A DNA stretch of 64,000 nt. Source: Pristiophorus japonicus (taxonomy: Eukaryota). Below the pieces are notes generated by a model. The model saw nothing but the letters and a program-made list of their open reading frames with translations, made no database searches and had not been told where the DNA came from. Numbering within the stretch: position 1 is the first letter of the stretch; each line of letters begins with the position of its first letter. The DNA is taken from the NCBI RefSeq assembly GCF_044704955.1, contig NC_091997.1:42284001-42348000 (forward strand), written 5' to 3'. Shown here one piece after another: positions 12,735 through 24,729 of this stretch. A program made the translations under genes and the position numbers.

Positions 12735-13230
12735 TTAGAGAGGGTGCCGAATTGATTCACAGGAATGATTCCAGAGATGAGGGACTTCAGTTACATGGAT
12801 AGACTGGAGAAGTTGACCTTGTTCTCCTTAGAGCAGAGAAGATTGCGAGGAGATTTGATAGAGGTGTTTAAAATGATGAGGGATCTGGACAGAGTAGATA
12901 GAGAGAAACTGGTCCCATTGGCAGAAGGGTCGAGAACCAGAGGACATAGATTAAGGTGATTGGAAAAAGAACCAAAGGCAACATAAGAAAAATCTTTTTT
13001 ATGCAGCGAGTGGTTAGGATCTGGAATGCACTGCCTGAAAACGAGGTGGAGACATAGTCTCCAGCTTTTGAGAGGGAGTTGGATAAGAATCTGAAAGAAA
13101 AAAAATTGCAGGGCTACGGGGAAAGGGCGGGGGAGTGGGACTAACTGAAGTGCTCTTGCACATAGTCAGCATGGGTCTAACGGGCCGAATGGCCTTCTTC
13201 TGTGCTGTATCCATTCTATGATTCCATGAA
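12735..13230 (+). mobile_element. CR1 LINE 3' fragment
   Basis: MIPEMRDFSYMDRLEKL..LEQRRLRGDLIEVFK..RTRGH, ending in an ATTCTATG tail. Confidence 0.8.
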
Positions 13231-13779
13231 AACAAAAATCACATTTAAAAGCTTTTAAAATGTTTATTTTAGTGCCGTTGCACAGAAAAGAGCCAGTTTA
13301 ATTTTTACAGCCTCCCTGAAGGCCTGTATCGAACATAATTAGCAGAAACTGCCAATGATGATTCATTCGCCCTAGAGGCATGGCCATTTTTGTGGGCGGC
13401 GCCTGCTTCCAGTGTGATGGTTTCAAAAGTAGCGTATAAGATCACAGAAACTTGGGTTGCATCAAATGCAAATTGCGTTTAAAATTCCGCAATCTTTTGT
13501 GCCGGTTATGCAGATTTCAGCTGAATTGCAGCGAAGAAACCAATGCAATTGAGTGGAAACTCCAGGCCATCACTTTTTACTGTTCACTTACTGCTGGAGG
13601 TTTGATGAGAATTTTTGAAACAGAACTGGAGACTTTCTGGGACATTTTGTCAAGATGTCACCAACATTATATCAACATTTATTCTGGAAATTCTCTGAGG
13701 ACGCCACCTAAAAAGGTTAAGTGCTGTGCCATTCTACCTTATGGGACACCTTATGAGAGTCACCAGGACAAAATGTGCT

Positions 13780-14130
13780 TGGTCATCGACGCCTTGCTAG
13801 GGATCTCCTTGGTCTGGACAAGGAATGGGAAGAGGTCATGAGGTCAGGCAGAGCAGCACCAGCTTCTGCAGGAGAGAAGGGAAGGAGGGATAGGAAGTGA
13901 GGTGGAGTCCTTCCCCTCCCAGAGGGTACAGGATATCCCTCCTCCTCTGGATCTCCTCCACCAGGACTTCCAGTGCCGTGTCCGAGAACCTGTGCGCCCT
14001 CTCATTTGGTCCCTGTCCCATCCTGAAACCTGCCGCTGTGTGTCAACCAGCACGCTCCACACCTTGGCAGTGAGTGCATGGAGCCCATGGAGCCCACGTA
14101 TACTTTGAATTGCTTTGAATCAGCGCCTGA
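13780..14130 (-). mobile_element. Harbinger-type Myb/SANT-like DNA-binding gene remnant
   Basis: ERAHRFSDTALEVLVEEIQRRRDILYP resembles the N-terminus of Harbinger Myb-like (MSANTD-type) proteins. Confidence 0.55.
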
Positions 14131-14269
14131 GTGCTACATGTGCAGGCATGTTTAAATCATTGTACTCAACAATTAGCCCCAAAATTGTGATCTAAAATCA
14201 GTTGATCTTATTACTACATCACCCACTTAGCGCCTGTTTTCACTCTCTCACCAAAATAACTCCCATACA

Positions 14270-14700
14270 GTAAAAAACAAGGAAGTTATGCTAAACCTAT
14301 ATAATACACTCGTAGGCTTCAGCTGGAGTACTGTGTCCCGTTCTGAGCACCGCACTTTAGGAAAGATGTCAAGGCCTTGGAGAGGGTGTGGAGGAGATTT
14401 ACCAGAGTGACACCAGGAATGAGAGACTACAGTAATGTGGAGAGAATAGAGAAGCTGGGATTTGTTCTCCTTAGACCACAGGCAGTTAGAGGGAGATTTA
14501 ATAGAGGTGTTCACAATTGTGAAGGGTTTGACTAGAAAGAAATTAGAACCCATTTCCTCTGGCAGGAAGGATAGTATCCAGAGGACACAAATTTAACATC
14601 ATTGATAAAGGAACCAGGGAGGAGATTAAGTGCACTGTTTTTACCAGTGAGTTGTTATGATCTGGAAGGCACTGCCTGAAAGAGTGGTGAAAACAGACTG
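14270..14700 (+). mobile_element. CR1 LINE 3' fragment
   Basis: Degenerate LEYCV..APHFRKDV.ALERV and GDLIEVF motifs. Confidence 0.7.
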
Positions 14701-15469
14701 GGGAGACTCCAGCAGTCAGTCAGGCTGCCTTGTCACCATTCAGGTCTCCAAAGAATCAACTTTTTTAGGAGAATGTTGGTACAATATCTGATGATGATGT
14801 AATCTTCCATTGTGGAGGGAAAGTTTTACCATAGGAAATTCATCTCAGCGCTCTTCACATTCATGTACAATATCTCTGCAGTCAATGGTGCGCTGAAAAT
14901 TTTCATGAAACACAATTATATTCTGCTAATTATCTACCAGAAAGTTTACATTTGCACTGATTTGGTTGAGATTAATGAAAGTGCACGACTGCAATTTGCA
15001 TTAACTTACTAAATTTTATTCCAGTGCAACATTGCTTTGGTGAAAGAAAGACTTACCTCTATAGAGCATCTTTTACGACCACGCAAAGCATTTTAAAGTC
15101 AATGGAGTACTTTTGGAGTGGAGAAACTGTCGTAATATTAACTGCTGCTTTGGTGCATATACAACTATGTGTGATGTTAAATCAGTATCAAAGCTTTCAG
15201 TTACATACTTTTATATACAGTCAGTAAAAAAATCAGTATTGCTCACCTAATTGTCATTTGGTTCTTTTTGTTAGAGACATTGGAGTTCCCACCACCATTT
15301 CCAGTTCAGCCGCACTTTGACAGACCGAATGGGGGCATGGGTGATTAAGAGCTTCACCAATCATCTGTCGCCACCTGTCATTATACCCTGTGGCAAAGAA
15401 TGACTGATGCAAAGGAGTTTAATCTGTACATCAGCTTTACATTGCTTGATGCTCAGCATAATAATCCAC

Positions 15470-16215
15470 ATGATGATGATCATCATAGGCATCAAGGAAG
15501 ACTTGTTTCCACTCGAAGAGTGAGTTCTCAGGTGGCTGTACAGTTGAATGTGGGAATTAGTCTCTGTCATAGGTGGGGCAGGCAATGGTTAAAGGAAAGG
15601 GTGGATGGGGAGCTGGTTTGCGGTACATTCCTTCCACTGTCTGCACTTGATTTCCGCATGCTCTTGGCAATGAAACTCAAGGTGCTCAGCGGCCTCTTGA
15701 ATGCTCTTCCTCCACTTTGGGTGGGCTTGGGCTACGGATTGCGAGGTGCCAGTGGGTTGTTGCACTTTATCAAGGAGACTTTCAAGGTGTCCTTGAAATA
15801 TTTCCTCTGCCCAACTGGTGCTCATTTGCCGGATCGGAGCTCCGAGTAGAGCACTTGCCTAGGGAGTCTCATGTCGGGCATGCGGACAATGTAGCCCACC
15901 CAATGGAGCGCGTCGAACATGGTCAGTGCTTCAATGCTGAGGATGTTGACCTGAGCGAGAACACTGACATTGATGCGTCTATCCTCCCAGTGGATTTGTA
16001 GGATCTTGCGGAACTTCTCCAGCATTTTGAGATGTCCACTGTATATAGTCTCTGAGGTCCTGATGTTCAAACACTCCCTTCCTCAGGTAACCGAAGGCTG
16101 CGCTGGCACACTGGAGGCGGTGTTGGAGCTTGACATCAATATCTGCCCTTGCTGATAGTAGGCTCCCAAGGTATGAAAAATGGTCTATGTTGTCCAAGGC
16201 CGTACTGTGGATTTT
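15470..16215 (-). mobile_element. RTE/BovB-clade LINE 3' fragment
   Basis: IDHFSYLGSLLS..IDV..QHRLQCASAAFG, RKILQIHWEDR and RMPDMRLPRQVLYSELRSGK, with an (ATG)n tail near 15470. Confidence 0.75.
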
Positions 16216-17274
16216 TGCTGGGACAACTGCATTTCTAATATGGTAGGCATGGAACTGTTTTTTTTTGCTGATATCATTGCATTTAAATAATTAAGTCAAT
16301 GAAGTAAGAATAGAGGAACCTTAAGACAAAATTTGAAGGTTAAAAACAAATTTTTGTTAAGGAAAGGAACCATTCATGAACTTATTTGATAAGTCTATAT
16401 TTCTATATTAATTATCTATGCATTTTTGCTGACTTGATATTGTAGGTGGTAATAATGGGCTTTCTGTGGTTGAAAAAATAGGTGTTTTGATTTTATCTAG
16501 CTGACTTATGGGAAGGAGGAAGGGAGGGAGGCAGGATGCAAACTTTGTGTAACTTGTTTTAAAGCTGGTGAATGACTTTTGTAGGTAAATGTGAGGTAAA
16601 TCTACCTCTTTCACCAAGCTTTTGGTCACATGCCCTAATTTCTCCTTATGTAACTCGATGTCAATTTATTTTGTTTCATAATACTTCTGTGAAGCGACTT
16701 GGGACATTTAACTATGTTAAAGGCACTATATAAATAAAAGTTGTTGTTGTTGTTAATTCAGCACTCAGCAAGCTCTTGCAAATACCTGTGAGATGATTCT
16801 AGTTTGGTGATGCTAGCTGAGGAAAGGATGTTGGTCAGGGCACTGCTTTTCTTTATAAAATGCCTTTGGAACATTTACGCAGGCAGGTGAGGCCTTGGTT
16901 TAACTTCCCAGTTTCATGGTGGACATGTTTTTATTTATGTAACTGCACCAGCTATGAAAAACAGTATTGATCTTCGGGAGTCAAATTAAGTCCTACCTCC
17001 CAATAGATATGACAAACTTCTATTCAAGTCATTGAGATCGAAATAGACACCTAGAGCCGCCACTCGCTACAAGGTAACCTCCGAATCAATGCGAGCAACA
17101 GCTTGGGAAATCTGCTCATTGTCTTTAATTTTCTCTGAAAACCAGTACTATTCTGCCTGGAACTTGTTCATATTCACAAACCAGATCCAAACACAAACAT
17201 CCAGATATATGAAAATACAGTCCATTGTAGCAATAAATAACACTTAATGAGGCAGAGAGAAGATGCAAAAATAA

Positions 17275-17631
17275 TTTATTGAAATAGGTTTGAAAAAAAA
17301 CCTTTTGAACAAGGATCTGGTCCAGGTATAAATATGATTCAATAAGTATAAAAAAATAAATAACATGTTCTTGTAATTTACTTTCCTCACGGTGCAAAAT
17401 TTTAACGCGGTATTGCAAAAATAAATGAATATAAAAAATAAATTGTTTTAACATCTTTGAACATGATAATTTCATGATTCCTTCACATTTGCTCTGGCAA
17501 TGAGAGTTGCTGTAACATTGTCGATGTTTTAAATAGCAATAACATTGGAATTGTAAAAATATTTGAATAAATACATTAATATCTCCCCGTAATGAGAAAA
17601 GATTCTGTTTAAAATGTTCGCTGCGTGACCT
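17275..17631 (-). promoter_or_regulatory. AU-rich 3' UTR and AATAAA poly(A) signal of IFN copy 2 (conserved in the other copies)
   Basis: Several ATTTA motifs on the minus strand (GTATTTATT, CTATTTAAA, CAATTTATTTTTTATATTCATTTATTT) and AATAAA at 17275-17280. Confidence 0.55.
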
Positions 17632-18785
17632 TCAGTTGCTTTTGTTGATTTTTGCTATTATGGTCTGGATCTGCTGTAAACGGCCCTTGGTCTGAGAGCA
17701 GACGATTCTCCAGGCACACTCGCCGAATCTCTAAAAGGCAGAAATATTGAAATGTATTACCGGGAATATACTGGGATAAAAAGCAACAATCTATATTGTA
17801 AACTCATGGTACAGTTTTTACGAAAGGTCAAGGATTACTTTGGTCCCGGGGAGCATTGGGACATGGCAAATCTCTTCATGCCGAATTCCCCTGACTGATG
17901 TTACAGTGAAATGATTAATATTTTCGAACAGATTTCACCGGAAATTCTCACCAGAGGAAATCTTTACAAATATACCGATAGTGTCTGCATGTAGGGCCTG
18001 GAGTCATCGGCAATTTACAGGTTGAGGGCTGTACATTGGGGTTACCCACATGGTGCTTCACTCGGGGTCAAACACTCAAATATTAATTCCCATACCTCCA
18101 ATTCTAAAAACTCCCTCAACTTCTCGAAGTATTCCTGAATTTCCTCGCTGTTGGAGTGTGACAGAGGTTCCCTGACACATCCTCTCAGATCCTCCAGCTG
18201 CTGAATCAGTAGAACCCGAAACCCTTCCAGCAGAGCAGCGTCCCAGGGCGCGGTACTCAGATTCTGGGTGAAGGTCTTGTTGATTTGATCCAAAGTTTGA
18301 TGGATAACCCGGATCTTGTCCTCAGCCTACAAAATACACAGCGTTACTTCACGGGAAAACTCGACGCTACTCAAAAGGACCATATAGAATATTGCGGTCT
18401 GCCCAAATATTATTTATACAATTAAAAGACTGATCAATATGTCAGGCACCGCTACAACAGAAATATATTCTGAACTGGATACTTACATTTAAGTTCTTTG
18501 AAAGTATGATCAGATCGAGCTGTTGCGTCTGCAGTGCCGCTCTCCTTGTCACACAGTGCCGGGGCAGTCTCCCTCCCTGGAACACAGGAGAATTCCGCTT
18601 CATACAATAGTCACACACACAAACCCTGGCGATGGGACAGATGGCGATTAGTTCAAACTCACCATTTCAATCAGTTTGCCCAGAGTCTTTGTGTTGTGAA
18701 TGCGCAGCCTCTCACAGCCCAGACTCATGGTCCCGGCCAACCAGGCCAACATAATCCAACATCTCCAAGCACACGAGAGCGCCAT
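17632..18785 (-). CDS. IFN1: Type I interferon precursor, copy 2 (4 exons, 180 aa, intact)
   Basis: Exons 18663-18785, 18487-18576, 18096-18326, 17632-17730, all GT-AG and phase 0. Protein: MALSCAWRCWIMLAWLAGTMSLG-CERLRIHNTKTLGKLIEM/GGRLPRHCVTRRAALQTQQLDLIILSKNLN/AEDKIRVIHQTLDQINKTFTQNLSTAPWDAALLEGFRVLLIQQLEDLRGCVREPLSHSNSEEIQEYFEKLREFLELE/RFGECAWRIVCSQTKGRLQQIQTIIAKINKSN*. It has a signal peptide, the type I IFN Cys spacing, and the YF..L..FL and CAW motifs. Confidence 0.92.
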
Positions 18786-18813
18786 GTTCCAGCACACAGG
18801 ATGAAGCACCGAG

Positions 18814-18909
18814 CTGAAATAGCAGAGAGATAAAATCATTAGCAATCAGCATCCAACAAAATTCACTTTAATGTGGGTTAGTAAGTGAACAAACTCGGCA
18901 GTGTCTTAC
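18814..18909 (-). other. Candidate 5'-UTR intron of the IFN gene (also present in copies 4-8)
   Basis: Donor CAG|GTAAGA at 18909, branch-like TGCTAAT at 18838-18844, and a pyrimidine tract with TTTCAG acceptor at 18814, 28 nt before the ATG. Confidence 0.55.
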
Positions 18910-18989
18910 CTGTTTAAGATGAATCCTCTGACAGAGACAAGTGTCAATTGTTGTCAGCCTCAGGAGTGAAGTGTCAGAGGGAGACCATG

Positions 18990-19150
18990 CCGAATATAAA
19001 TGATCTGCTGTTTGCATCACAAAAGTGAAAAGCCAGGTTGGTACCCACAGGGAGATTTTCTACCCACATTCGATTTTCAGATGCGAGGAATTCACCGTAT
19101 AAAACAATCCCCAAAAAAGACTGCAAAAGCGGCTCCGATTTCGCTTTCAG
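18990..19150 (-). promoter_or_regulatory. Putative virus-responsive promoter of IFN copy 2
   Basis: CATTTATATT TATA-like element (about 18993-19002), AAAAGTGAAAAG IRF-E (19021-19032), kB-like GGGAGATTTTC and GGTGAATTCC, and ISRE GAAAGCGAAA (minus, 19139-19148). Confidence 0.55.
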
Positions 19151-20012
19151 CCAAATGTCTTAGGCAGTCCCTCGGAGTGGAGGATGTGATTGTAGCCGCA
19201 CTCGCGAACGGCGCCGCTCTGAATTGAGGAAATATCAAAACCCTTTTAAAATCCGAAATAAAAGCTACACTGCACTGGGAGAATCTGAGGATTTATTCGT
19301 GCTTTAGTTATCAATGAATCCCCCAAAATCAGATTGCTCCAACTTTTCGAGAAGCCGTCGAGGATCGGACGGGTAAACCATCAGCTGTTTGCAATATTTA
19401 ACAAATGAACCTCCCCTCCCCCTGTGGGCGATCGTTATTCCCTGAGTTATTTCCTTTACTTTCCAGAGTTGGGTCTCCTAATGTTTTGCTCCAGGGGATG
19501 TCCCAGATCTGGCCGCTGGGCCGGAGCTCCATTATTCCGTCTCCCTTTCCCTTTCCCTTTTTTTGCGGAAAGGTGAACCACATCCTCCAGCCTCCGTTCT
19601 TCAACCTTAAGGACTGGAGCAGCCGCAAGCCTGATCCCTGATAGGTAGATTCAAGGACGCCTCAATTATGTTTTAAGCCCACCCTCTCCTCCTGACTCAC
19701 TGGAGCACATTTCCCCAGGGCAGCAGTGTTCTTGTATTGAAAAGTCTGAAGAAAAATTCGCAGACGGAACGTGAACTCGTCTGATCTCTTCCAAGATGCT
19801 AAGCGACCTGCTGAGCAAGTTCCCAGAGTTTTCTGCTTTAACTTCCGGCCGCTGTCTAAGGCTGAAATGCTTTGTACGCGAGTAGTTGAGGCAGAGACCA
19901 TTCCATCTCTTGAAACAAAGCAGAGGAAGGAGCAATAGAGATTCAGGCAGTATTTAAGGGGGATGCAGCTTATCAGTTATTCCTCCTCCACCCACCCCGG
20001 TGTTGGATGAAC

Positions 20013-20131
20013 ATTGGTTTTCCGAGTGCCTGGAGATTGGCTTTTGTTGGTGATATTGCCCGGGACCTAGCCAGGACTGCCGGTGGCTGCAGTTACAGCA
20101 AGATTTTAAAGGAATTCTCATGAGTGAAATG
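20013..20131 (+). pseudogene. Decayed plus-strand IFN exon 1 (unit 2)
   Basis: GAACATTGGTTTTCCGAGTGCCTGGAGA..TTGCCCGGGACC..AGCCAGGACTGCCGGTGGCTGCAGTTACAGCAA..GAAATG|GTGAGT aligns with IFN exon 1 but has frameshifts. Confidence 0.75.
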
Positions 20132-20169
20132 GTGAGTTTAAAGAGAGAATATGTTTTTAAATCGTGAGA

Positions 20170-21150
20170 AACTATGAAAGGTTGGTTTTCAGAGAGAAGT
20201 GGGTGACCTCGTGCAAGAAACATATCCAGCTGGCATGAAGATATAGCATGAAATAAGGAAAGCAAATGCTATGTTTTCCTTTATTGCAAGGGGGTTGGAT
20301 TATAATAATAAGGAAGACTTGCTGCAATTGTATAGGGCCTTGGTGAGACCATACCTGCAATACTGTGCACAGTTTTGGTCTCCTTATCTAACGAAGGATA
20401 TTGAAGGCAGCACAACAAAGGTTGAGTGAATTGATTCCTGAGATGAGAAGCTATCCTATGATGATAGTTTGCGTAGATTGGATCTGTATACTCTGGAGTT
20501 TAGAAGAATGAGGGTGGGGCGGGGCGGGGGGGGGGGTGCGTGGGGGAGGATTTGCGGTCAGAGGCTTCCTTCGTACGAACACATCCGATGTGAAAAAAAT
20601 GTACGAAAGTACCTGGTGGTCCCGGAGGAACGTAGGATTCCAGTTGGAGGCCTGGACCACCAATCACTATGTAGTATTCTTATTGATAAAAATTGGTACT
20701 CGGTTTGTACGAGTTCCCATTACTATCAATGAGAATAGCCTCCTAAAATATCGAAACATCGCATAATAAATAAAACACCTCACATATTCGGCCCTGAGTT
20801 GTGATCTCATTGAAACATACAAGGTTCTGAAGGGGATTGATGGGATAGATGCTGAGAGGTTGGTACTCCTGGCTGGGATATCTAGAACGCGGGAGCATCG
20901 TTTCTGGATAAGGGGAAGGCCATGTATGACCAAGATAAGGAGAAATGTCCTCACTCAGAGGGTTGTGAATCTTTGCAATTCTCTGCCCCAGAGAGCTGTA
21001 CATGTTCAGTCTTTGAGTATATTCAAGGCTGGGTAAATAGATTTTTGGACTCTAGGGGATTCAAGGGCTATGGAGATCGGGCGGGAAAATGGAGTTGAGG
21101 TCGATGAATGGCGGCCTACTCCTGCTCCTAATTCTTATGTACTTGTGCTC
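20170..21150 (+). mobile_element. CR1 3' fragment with a nested, internally deleted MITE (20513-20794)
   Basis: LLQLYRALVRPYL..CAQFWSPYL and DLIETYKVLKG motifs, interrupted by a MITE flanked by TGAG on both sides. Confidence 0.75.
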
Positions 21151-21709
21151 TTATCTGGGGATTAGAGTAACCAATCTTAAGTACTAGTTTCTGGGGATAA
21201 TCTCCTGTCGGGGAATGGCTGAGGCTGAATCGGTTTTATTACAAACTGCATCGACTGATGTGGAATATTTCCTTGGTGGAATTCACGTGAAGAAATTGTG
21301 AAGAAACCGGGTTTCAAAATCAAAATGTCATTTGGTAAGATGTGAATGGTACTGACTAACATCATTCTGGGAGAGGGTCACCAATTAGCTGTTTTGGCAG
21401 CCCTGAAATTTAATGTGCATGCCAATGTCAATGGGAAGAGATTGGAGCATCAATGCTAAATTTGTGGAATGTCATTCTGGTATCGAAGTCGGAACAAATT
21501 CTGAAGCTAACTAGACGGAATGCAGGATTGTGGAATTACATGGAATTGCACAGAATTTCCAGCACAGAAACTGATCATTCGGCCCACGTGGTCTGTGCTG
21601 GTGTTTATGCTCCACTCGAGCCTCCTCTCATCCTACTCCAGCAAACGCTGTCTGCATATCCAGCTATTCCGGCCTCCTTCATGTAACTATGTAGCTTTCC
21701 CTTAACTAT

Positions 21710-23158
21710 GTAACACCATTGTTTCAAAAAGGAGGGCGAGAGAAAACGGGTAATTATAGGCCAGTTAGCCTGACATCAGTAGTGGGGAAAATGTTGGAAT
21801 CAATTATTAAAGATGAAATAGCAGCGCATTTGGAAAGCAGTGACAGAATCAGTCCAATTCAGCATGGATTTCTGAAAGGGAAATCATGCTTCACAAATCT
21901 TCTGGAATTTTTTGAGGATGTAACTAGTAGAGTGGTCAAGAGAGAACCAGTGGATGTGGTATATTTGAACTTTCAAAAGGCTTTTGACAAGGTCCAACAC
22001 AAGAGATTGGTGTGCAAATCAAAGCACATGGTATTGTGGATAACGTACTGACGTTGATAGAGAACTAGTTGGCAGACAGGAAGCAGAGAGTCGGGATAAA
22101 CAGGTCCTTTTTAGATTGGCAGGCAGTGACTAGTGGTGTGCCGCAGGGCTCAGTGCTGGGACCCCAGCTCTTAACAATATACATTAATGATTTAAATGAA
22201 GGAATTGAGTGTAATATCTTCAAGTTTGCAGATGACACGAAACTGTGTGGCAGTGTGAGCTGTGAGGAGGATGCTAGGAGGCTGCAGGGTGGCTTGGACA
22301 GGTTAGGTGAGTGAGCAAATGCATGGCAGATGAAGTATAATGTGGATAAATGTGAGGTTTTCCACTTTGGGGGCAAAAACACGAAGGCAAAATATTATCT
22401 GAATGGCGGCAGATTCGGAAAGGGCGAGGTGCAACGAGACCTGGGTGTCATGGTTCATCAGTCATTGAAAGTTGGCATGCAGGTACAGCAGGCGGTGAAG
22501 AAGCCAAATGGTATGTTGGCCTTCATAGCTAGGGGATTTGAGTATAGGAGCAGGGAGGTCTTACTGCAGTTGTACAGGGCCTTGGTGAGGCCTCACCTGG
22601 AGTATTATGTTCAGTTTTGGTCTCCTAATCTGAGGAAGGATGTTCTTTCTATTGAGGGAGTGCAGCGAAGGTACACCAGACTGATTCCCGGGATGGTGGG
22701 ACTGACATATGAGGAGAGACTGGATCAACTGGGCCTTTATACACTGGAGTTTAGAAAGATGATAGTGGAACTCATAGAAACTTATAGGATTCTGACAGAA
22801 CTGGACAGGTTAGGCGCAGGAACAATGTTCCCGATGATGGGGAAGTCCGGAACCAGGGGACACAGTCTTAGGATAAGAGGTAGGCTGTTTAGGACTGAGA
22901 TGAGGAGAAACTTCTTCACTCAGAGAGTTGTTAACCTATAGAATTCCCTACTGCAGAGAGTTTTTGATGCCAGTTCAATGGAAATATTCAAGAAGGAGTT
23001 AGATATGGCCCTTACAGCTAAAGGGATCAAGGGGTATGGAGAGAAATCAGGAAAGGGGTATTGAAAGAATGATCAGCAATGATCTTATTAAATGTTGGTG
23101 CAGGCTCGAGGGGCCGAATGGCCTACGCCTGCACGTTTTTCTATGTTTCCATGTTTCT
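21710..23158 (+). mobile_element. Younger 5'-truncated CR1 LINE insertion unique to unit 2
   Basis: GNYRPVSLTSVVGKMLE, QHGF.KGKSC.TNLLEFF, SGVPQGSVLGP, FADDTK and LYRALVRPHLEY in long ORFs with few disruptions. Other units have the empty site CCCTTAAAAGCATCG. Confidence 0.9.
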
Positions 23159-24729
23159 AAAGGCATCGATTCTCTTTGCCCCAACTTCTCGATGATGGAG
23201 CATGTTCAACATTTTAACCACTCTCTGAGTGAAGACGAATGGCTTATTGATTTTAGGGAATGATTATCAGTCTCCGGATTCCAGTCGCCAAAGCAGTTTG
23301 TCTCTCTGCTTCTTCCGATGCACAGACTCGTGAGACTCCAGCAGTCAGTCATATCATGTTGTCGCCATTCAGATCTCCAAGGAATCATTCACTTTTAGGG
23401 AAATGTTCGAACAATAACTGCTGATAATGTACTCTTTCATTGTGGAGGGAGGGTTTTACCATTGGTAATTCATCTCAGCGTTCTTTACATTGATGTACAA
23501 TATCTATGCAGTAAACGGCGCGCTAAAAGATTTTGTGGAACGCAATTATATTCTTATAATTATCTACCACAATATTTACATTTCCACTGATGGGTTAAGA
23601 ATAATCAAAGTGCGCGACTGCAATTTGCATTAAGTTGCCGAGTTTTATTCCAGTGCTATATTGCTTTGGTTAAAAAAATACTTTATATTATGCCTTTTAC
23701 GACCACCGGATGTCGCAAAGCGCTTTACAGTCAATGGAGTACTTTTGGAGTGGAGTCACTGTTGTAATATTAACTGGCTGCCTCGTGCCTATACAACTAT
23801 GTAAAGCTGGTGTAAAGATTAAACTCATTTGCTTCAGTCCTTCTTTGCCACCGAATATAATAAAGTACGTGGCAGAAGCTCTTGAAGAGCCATACCCCTA
23901 TTACTTTGCCAAAGTGGGGATGAACTGGAACTTGCAGCGGGAACTCCAATACGGCCACGAACTAAATCAGTATCAAATCTGTAATTTACATACTATTATA
24001 TATATAGTCAATAACAAGTCTGAACTTTACCACATTATTCGCATTTGTCTCATTTTCTTGTCCATATTGAAGTCCCCACTGCAAGCTCCAGTTCATCCCC
24101 ACTTTGACAGAGTAATCGGGGGTATGGGTGTTCAAGAGCTTTTGTAACCATCCATCGCCACGTGACCTTATATCCTATAGCAAAGGAGGACTGAAGCAAA
24201 TGAGTTTCATCTTTACATCATGTTTACTTTTCTTCATGTTCACTATAATAATCACACCATGAACAGTTGGGACCACTGCATATCGAATATTGTTGGCATT
24301 AAACTGTTTTTTTGCTGATTTCATTGATTTTAAATAATGAAATCATAGAAGGAATAGGAAATTTAAGACAAAATATAAATGTTCGAAACAAACTTTCGTT
24401 AAAAGAAGGAAACATTCCATGCTTCATGTGCTTTACGTTATGTAACTCTTATCTGATAAATGTATATTTCTATGTTAAACATCTATGCCTTTTTGCTGAT
24501 GTGATATTATAAATGATAATGATGGGCTTACTTTGGTTGACGAAAATATCTGTTTTGACCTTATCTAGCGGATTTCTGGGAAGGAGAGAGGGAGGATCGC
24601 AGAATGGAAACTTTGTGCATAGTATTAAAGCTGGTGAAAGACATTTGTAGGTAAATGTGACTGTAAATTAAGCACACAGCAAGCTCCTGCAAATAGCTGT
24701 GAGATTAATGAGCAGTTAATCTAGTTTCG

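Noticed and set aside
18800-18845. Longer N-terminus (MLMILSLCYF...) from the ORF track
   Set aside because: It starts inside the candidate 5'-UTR intron. The ATG at 18785 has good context (AACATGG), matches copy 1 and yields a normal signal peptide.
19097-19104. Plus-strand TATAAAA as promoter of the plus-strand exon-1 remnant
   Set aside because: It lies about 900 nt from the remnant, too far for a core promoter, and is on the wrong strand for the live gene.
21160-21550. Possible exons 2-4 of the plus-strand IFN partner
   Set aside because: The position fits, but I could not recover IFN motifs (Cys, YF, CAW) by eye, so it is not called.
21719-22941. Long RT ORFs as an active or domesticated gene
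   Set aside because: This is a 5'-truncated CR1 with stops and frameshifts and no endonuclease domain.
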